DNA of 64,000 nucleotides from Chlamydiia bacterium (GTDB lineage Bacteria; Chlamydiota; Chlamydiia; Chlamydiales; Rhabdochlamydiaceae): NCBI GenBank assembly GCA_963804085.1, contig CAWDOQ010000002.1, positions 128,001 to 192,000 of the forward strand, read 5' to 3'. Shown piece by piece: positions 59,127 to 64,000 of this stretch (position 1 is its first letter; each line of letters starts with the position of its first letter). The notes under the pieces were generated by a model. It saw only the letters and a program-made list of their open reading frames with translations, ran no database searches and was not told where the DNA came from. The position numbers and the translations under genes were made by a program.

Positions 59127-59797
59127 TTATCGTTTTTCTTGATTATCGATTGCAGAGAGGAACACAAAGCCCGCTCTCATGATCTGCTGTAATTGGTCTA
59201 AGGCGCTCTGAGCTTTAGTAGAGAGAGCACTGCCTCTCCATTCATAGACCCTGTCTTTACAGACAATGTCGCCATATCGTATCTCTATTTGCATCGTCAA
59301 GAAGATGTTGATGCTGTGTTGCATTTTGTTTTGCAACGAGCAACTGCCCGGCCCAGTCAACTTTCTTCGCGTCATGGAGAAAAGGTAATATAATCCACGA
59401 AACGGTACCATCCGTCCCCATCGTGATTATTCATCTTGGCTACTTGATTGAGGCAATCCGTAGCTTGATCGTTATACTGCTTCACAAGCGTAGTTTCGCT
59501 ATCGATCTTCGTCTGATCCGCCTTGATTGTGTCGAGCATGGTAGAGAGCTGCGATACAGCCGATCTTTCACCTGCTGTCATCTTGTCTCCCTCTTTTGTG
59601 CCCGGTGCATGCTCTTCGATGTACTTCTGCAAAAATTTCTCGATCTGCTCCATATTATTATTGAAGTCTCCGATCTTCTTCAGAACCGCGTTAACCAAGT
59701 TAGCCGCCTGCATGTCCTCTTGAGCCTGTTCCTGAGCATTGCCCAGTACTTCCGAAGAGCGCGCTAGCGCTAAAACTACTGCGTATAAACCGTTCAT
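59127..59797 (-). CDS. Helical hypothetical protein, probably one ~223-aa gene broken by frameshift(s) downstream of ~59385
   Basis: ORF 59372..59797 has an AAGGATAAAAAT-ATG start. Alternative frames read LHDAKKVDWAGQLL..., DMATLSVKTGSMNGEA and STKAQSALDQLQQIMRAG...QEKR*, ending next to the RBS of the following gene. Confidence 0.55.
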
Positions 59798-59828
59798 ATT
59801 TTTATCCTTTTTATTATTACTATTATAT

Positions 59829-60551
59829 TTAAGCGTGTTCTGCCAAGTGTTGGATGATCACGTTCATAAGCGTACCGGTTGATGAGGTCATGTTCTGTCC
59901 AGCCCCTTGTATCTGCTGCAACATGTTACCCTTTGTGCTCAGGTCAGTGTCAAAGTTGGTGATCATCGTACCGAATTTAAGGCTAAGAGCCTCCGTACCT
60001 GATACACCACCTTTTCCTTCTGCCCAGTCAGTAAAAGCAGTCGAATCTCCACGAGCTCCTTGGAAGAGTGCTCTTCCTAAGTCAGGATCGTTACCGCTTA
60101 CCATCTGGTCGAGTGTTTTCGATCCGGTGATTGGCAAATCAAACGTCGTCTTACCCATCTGCTCGGCGTTTTTAGTCGCATCATCCATCCCATCATATTT
60201 CGTATAATTTGGGTCATGTGTGTCTTTGCTATACTGCGCATAGTCCTTCTTAAACTGCTCTACCGTGGCTTTATAAGAAGGGTCTTGCATCGCATCGTAA
60301 GCCGTCTTACCAGGATGGTCTGTAACCCATTTTTTCAATTGGGCCATGTCTTTTGTGATATTGGTAATATCCGACTTAACATCGGAAAATGCGTTGGCTT
60401 CATTACCGATTGCTGCAACCTGGTCACTCATACTTTCAACCTTGCTGACGAGCGTAAGTATCAAATAGAGAAGCGAACGTTGCCAATCTGGGGTACCTTC
60501 AGAAGCCGATTTACTTTCTAATTGATACATGAGAGCAATTGCGCCTGACAT
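59829..60551 (-). CDS. Helical hypothetical protein, first gene of the six-gene operon (filament/tip-like)
   Basis: AAGGAATAAAATT-ATG; N- and C-terminal heptad helices (VESMSDQVAAIGNEANAF; LQQIQGAGQNMTSSTGTLMNVII). Confidence 0.65.
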   Translation of the reverse strand: MSGAIALMYQLESKSASEGTPDWQRSLLYLILTLVSKVESMSDQVAAIGNEANAFSDVKSDITNITKDMAQLKKWVTDHPGKTAYDAMQDPSYKATVEQFKKDYAQYSKDTHDPNYTKYDGMDDATKNAEQMGKTTFDLPITGSKTLDQMVSGNDPDLGRALFQGARGDSTAFTDWAEGKGGVSGTEALSLKFGTMITNFDTDLSTKGNMLQQIQGAGQNMTSSTGTLMNVIIQHLAEHA

Positions 60552-60590
60552 AATTTTATTCCTTGTTTTGTTAGTTTTTTAATCGTTACT

Positions 60591-60992
60591 TTAAGCCGAG
60601 AGCCAAACTTTCGAGGGGAATCTGGCTTTTTTACCTTTTTTAGAGCTCACCTTACGAGGTGCTGCTTCCGGTTGTTTGCTCTCTTTCTTCATCGCTTCGA
60701 GGAAGGCCCAGTTTTCAGGGCTGAAGTTCTTTGGGTTCGCTGTGTACTCTTCGAGCATATCTTTTGTAAGACCCATTTCGGCTAGAACCGTTTCATACTC
60801 TGCACCGATCTGTTTTTGCGTCTTGAGGAAGGCATTGCGGATCTCGTCGCGCTCTTCAGGTTTTGCGTTCTGGAGCAGTTGGACTGTTTCCATCGCTTGA
60901 GTTGAGAGCTTGAGGAGCTTCTCTATCTTACCCATAGCATCAGGAGAGGTGCTCAGCTTTCTCATAAAGTCCATTACTTTGTTTTGATCCAT
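60591..60992 (-). CDS. Conserved chlamydial hypothetical protein (NPxNFSPxxW motif; recalled as CT635-like)
   Basis: GLTKDMLEEYTANPKNFSPENWAFL; Lys-rich tail ending KVWLSA; GAGGA RBS. Confidence 0.65.
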   Translation of the reverse strand: MDQNKVMDFMRKLSTSPDAMGKIEKLLKLSTQAMETVQLLQNAKPEERDEIRNAFLKTQKQIGAEYETVLAEMGLTKDMLEEYTANPKNFSPENWAFLEAMKKESKQPEAAPRKVSSKKGKKARFPSKVWLSA

Positions 60993-61112
60993 ACGTCCTC
61001 TTTATTAGTTAATTGCAATTAGTTATAGGTCTCCAAGATTAAGTATATACTATATACAATTAATTTCCTAATAAAATCTTTACATTTTCTTTACATACTG
61101 AGGATCAACTAG

Positions 61113-61565
61113 CTAGGACTTCATCCAGCCGGTCTTTTTGCTTTTGGGGAGGGCTTTTTTAACGAGGGAGTGAGGAACGGTAGGCGGTTCTTTTTCCATC
61201 ACACTGGGAACCAGTATCTTAGAGATTTTACGGGCGGCGACTTCTAGGTTTCTTTTAGCGGCCTGTATAAGGTCCCACTGATTAGGGCTAAAATTAGAGG
61301 GGTCTTTAGAATAGGAGAGGATCTCCTCCTCTGTTTGGCCAAGCGCCTCACAGAGCCGGGCGATCTCCCCACTTAATAAGGTGTGCATCTCCCGCATCTC
61401 AGCCAGGAGCTCTTGTTTACGCTCCAAAGGGGCCTTTTCTATTGCAAGTGTAAGAGTTTCAAAGATTAAGAGCGCTTCTCGGAAGAGGTCTTCTACGCTA
61501 ATGTTTTGATTCTCAGCTGCTTGCGTAAAAAGATGGGTAAGACGATTGATCTCTTCTTTGGCCAT
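61113..61565 (-). CDS. Paralog of 60591..60992 (DPSNFSPNQW motif)
   Basis: GQTEEEILSYSKDPSNFSPNQWDLI; Lys-rich tail ending KTGWMKS. True start at ATG 61565; the longer ORF-track start runs through a repeat. Confidence 0.65.
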   Translation of the reverse strand: MAKEEINRLTHLFTQAAENQNISVEDLFREALLIFETLTLAIEKAPLERKQELLAEMREMHTLLSGEIARLCEALGQTEEEILSYSKDPSNFSPNQWDLIQAAKRNLEVAARKISKILVPSVMEKEPPTVPHSLVKKALPKSKKTGWMKS

Positions 61566-61588
61566 AACCCTTCGAGCCTTATTTCTTC

Positions 61589-61669
61589 TACGCGCCCGCT
61601 TCCGCGCCCGCATGCGCGCCCGATCCGGATTAATTCGGGCACGCATGCGGGCGCGGAAGCGGGCGCGTA
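61589..61669. repeat. Family A palindromic repeat (GCGC-type), copy 9, in the divergent promoter region of the T3SS cluster
   Basis: TACGCGCCCGCTTCCGCGCCCGCATGC..CCCGATCCGGATTAATTCGGG..GCATGCGGGCGCGGAAGCGGGCGCGTA. Confidence 0.85.
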
Positions 61670-61727
61670 AATTGTTGCTTAAAACGCTTGTAATCGATTT
61701 AATGTGAGAGGGCAACCGAAAAATCAG

Positions 61728-62138
61728 ATGTTAGAACGCCACTTAAGACAACTCACAGAAGATCTCGAGCAGGAGTTTCCTCTCAAACAAGATGAGAGGA
61801 AGATGTTCCAGCTTCAGCTTGGCCCCAAAATGCAGGTCTCTGTAAAAGAGCTCGATTCGGGCTACTTCTTTTTTTCGCAGATTGGGCCGCTTCCGGCCAA
61901 GAAGCGCGAGGAGCTCTTTATCCTTCTAATGAAGGCCAACTTTTTGGGCCAAGGCACAGGTGGCAGCACAATTGGGCTCGACGAGGAGGAGAAGTTCTTG
62001 ACACTCTCTTTGGCGATCCCTTATGAGATGAATTACAAGATGTTCAAAGAGACGGTAGAGGACTTTGCTAATTTTGTGGGATTTTGGCGCGAGGAGCTGG
62101 TCCGTCACCAGGCTGAAGCGGAAAAAGGTATATTTTAA
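61728..62138 (+). CDS. scc4: Type III secretion chaperone, CesT/SycE family (Scc4-like)
   Basis: Small acidic protein; LMKANFLGQGTGGSTIGLD, FKETVEDFANFVGFW; immediately upstream of cdsD. Confidence 0.85.
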   Translation: MLERHLRQLTEDLEQEFPLKQDERKMFQLQLGPKMQVSVKELDSGYFFFSQIGPLPAKKREELFILLMKANFLGQGTGGSTIGLDEEEKFLTLSLAIPYEMNYKMFKETVEDFANFVGFWREELVRHQAEAEKGIF

Positions 62139-62155
62139 TCTAATCTATTAGGTTC

Positions 62156-63882
62156 ATGGCAGGCTATTTAATTGCAGAAGAGGGTCCTCTTTCCGGGACC
62201 GTACTACGTTTTGAAGAGGGGGAAGAGTGGGTAATTGGGCGCGATCCCGATGAGGCCACTTTTACCTTAGAAGACCCTATGGTCTCGCGCCGCCACGTCA
62301 TTTTAAGACACACTTCTGAAGGGTATCTTTTAGAAAATTTAAGCTCGGTTAATCCGGCGACGCAAAACGGCAAAATCATCACCGATGGCGTCCTGCTGCA
62401 TGAGGGGGATATTCTCCAAATTGGAAGCACCTTCTTTCGCTTCTCTGAAAAAAGACCGGCCCAGCTACCGCTAGATGAGGTTCCGCCCGCTCCCAGTTTT
62501 GCAGAAGATGAGGATTTAAGATCGATCGGGTTTGGAGGAGAGGGTGAGGGACGCTGGTTCTTAAAGGTGATCACGGGGCCAAATGCCGGCGCCGAGTTTA
62601 GCATGAAAAGGTCTACTGTCTACCTAATCGGAAAGGATCCCAACCTGTGCGATATCGTCTTTCAAGACTTAAGTGTATCGCGTCAGCACGCACGCCTGAC
62701 CGTAGACGAAAATGAGAATGTGTTTATCGAAGATTTAAGCAGCCGCAATGGGGTGCTATTAAACGGCGAACTGATTTCAGATAAACATCAGATCTCGTCG
62801 CAAGATTTAGTCGCGCTCGGCACTACGACTCTTCTTTTAATCGATAGGCAGCAGGTGCGCGAGACGATCGTCTCCCCCCTGCGATGATGCCGGCAAAAGC
62901 AGAAGCTGCAAAAGCTGAAGGCGAAGCTGCTGAGGAGGAGCCTGCACTTGCTCCGATGCGCGATTGGAAGGAGATGAAAATAGACAAGCGCCACCTTATA
63001 TGGACGGGGTTTGGTCTATTCTGTCTTCTGTTGCTGATCGTTGGGACGCTCTCTCTTTTTAAATCAGAGCCGGTTCTGGTGCATCTCAAGAATGAACCGC
63101 AGCAGATTCAAGAATCATTAAAAAACTATCCGGACGTCCAGTTCTCCTTTACTCAAGCAAACGGCAAGCTCTTCTTAGTCGGGCATGTGCTAACGCAAGT
63201 GGATAAGCAGGAGCTTCTCTATACGATCAACGGGCTCCCCTTCATCGAGGATATCGAGGATAATGTGGTAGTCGATGAGTATGTCTGGCAAAATATGAAC
63301 GCACTTCTGATCACCAATACAGATTGGCAAGGGGTTACCATACATGCTGCCGAACCGGGGCGGTTTGTGATGCGCGGCTACTTGGCGACAGCAGAACAAG
63401 CTCAGGCGCTCTCCGACTTTGTCAATATGAACTTCCCCTATCTGGATCGATTGGATAATCAGGTGGTAGTCGAAAGTAATTTGCTGACGCAGATCCAGAG
63501 CCTGCTTGTGGAAAAAGGGTTTGGCAGCGTGCAGTTTCAACTGACTAATGGCGAGCTTGTGCTCGCAGGAAGAGTCGACGAGAAAAAGAGTTCCAACTTC
63601 CAAGATTTAGTGAACCACTTAAAAGCATTATCCGGCGTTCGCTCTTTAAAAAACTTTGTCGTGATGTCAACAGCTGAGACTTCTCGCATCGATATCACTA
63701 ATAAATATCAGGTGTCCGGAACGTCGACAAAAGATTCTGCAAGTCTTTTTGTTGTGATCAATGGACGCATTGTCGGCAAAGGCGATCTGCTCGATGGAAT
63801 GACGATCACTTCTGTGCAAGCAAGTGTGATCCTTCTCGAAAAAGATGGATTAAAATTTCGGATTAACTACAATCTGCAATAA
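62156..63882 (+). CDS. cdsD: T3SS inner-membrane ring protein SctD/CdsD (2 FHA + TM + BON-like); frameshift at the C6 run 62874-62879
   Basis: Two FHA domains (IGRDP..VSRRH..NLSSVN; IGKDP..VSRQHA..DLSSRNG), a TM helix, a periplasmic region, and C-terminal VINGRIV..GDLLDGMTITSV..LEKDGLKFRINYN. Confidence 0.92.
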
Positions 63883-63898
63883 AAGAGGAGTTGTCTCC

Positions 63899-64000
63899 AT
63901 GTACGGCCTAGAGAAAAAAGCAAAAGCTACTTTCGAGTTTGATCTGGAAAAGGATCTAAAATCCGATCCAAATAAAGCACGCCAGATTTTAAAGACAGTA
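63899..64000 (+). CDS. T3SS needle chaperone CdsE-like (DUF5398), partial
   Basis: GAGGAG RBS; MYGLEKKAKATFEFDLEKDLK...; lies directly after cdsD. Confidence 0.7.
   Translation, partial: MYGLEKKAKATFEFDLEKDLKSDPNKARQILKTV

Noticed and set aside
4221-61669. Possible CRISPR array suggested by recurring repeats
   Set aside because: Repeats are dispersed palindromes, not direct repeats with unique ~30-40 nt spacers, and no cas genes are present. The 33-bp array at 3669 has only 10-bp gaps.
61566-61715. Arg-rich N-terminal extension (RARFRARMRARINPDR...) of ORF 61113..61715
   Set aside because: It is the translation of palindromic repeat copy 9; the paralog comparison supports a start at ATG 61565.
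62860-62890. Programmed frameshift or genuinely split cdsD
   Set aside because: The break sits in a C homopolymer, the span is one base short of in-frame, and many other genes show the same pattern; a sequencing error is more parsimonious.

Overview
A 64 kb chromosomal segment from an environmental member of the phylum Chlamydiota. The assignment rests on gene order recalled from Chlamydia: yagE/RMD1-yidD-LysM-pheT-MORN lipoprotein-ogt; trhO-rpsD-nfo; kdsA-lptC/A/B; pckG-mreB-SNF2-tRNA-Gly-tig-clpP-clpX; and scc4-cdsD-cdsE of the type III secretion system (T3SS). It holds about 60 CDS and three tRNAs (Leu-GAG, Arg-TCT, Gly-GCC). At least seven conserved genes carry small frameshifts, most likely assembly errors. 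Accessory content includes tandem F-box/WD40 effector-like genes, an AAA-ATPase/DUF4143 gene preceded by three palindromes at an exact 33 bp period, a vapBC pair, and glycosyltransferases (GT11-like and GT9). There are several families of palindromic intergenic repeats. Two candidate undescribed systems stand out. (1) A 7 kb block between rpsD and nfo encodes a MATE transporter, a stand-alone SH2-like protein with a structured 5' leader, a 1165 aa signal-peptide-less protein ending in an OppA-like peptide-binding domain, and a divergently transcribed OppA lipoprotein. (2) A six-gene operon of helical, translocator- or filament-like proteins is transcribed away from the T3SS scc4-cdsD-cdsE cluster. 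All family calls are from motif recognition by eye; no searches were run.
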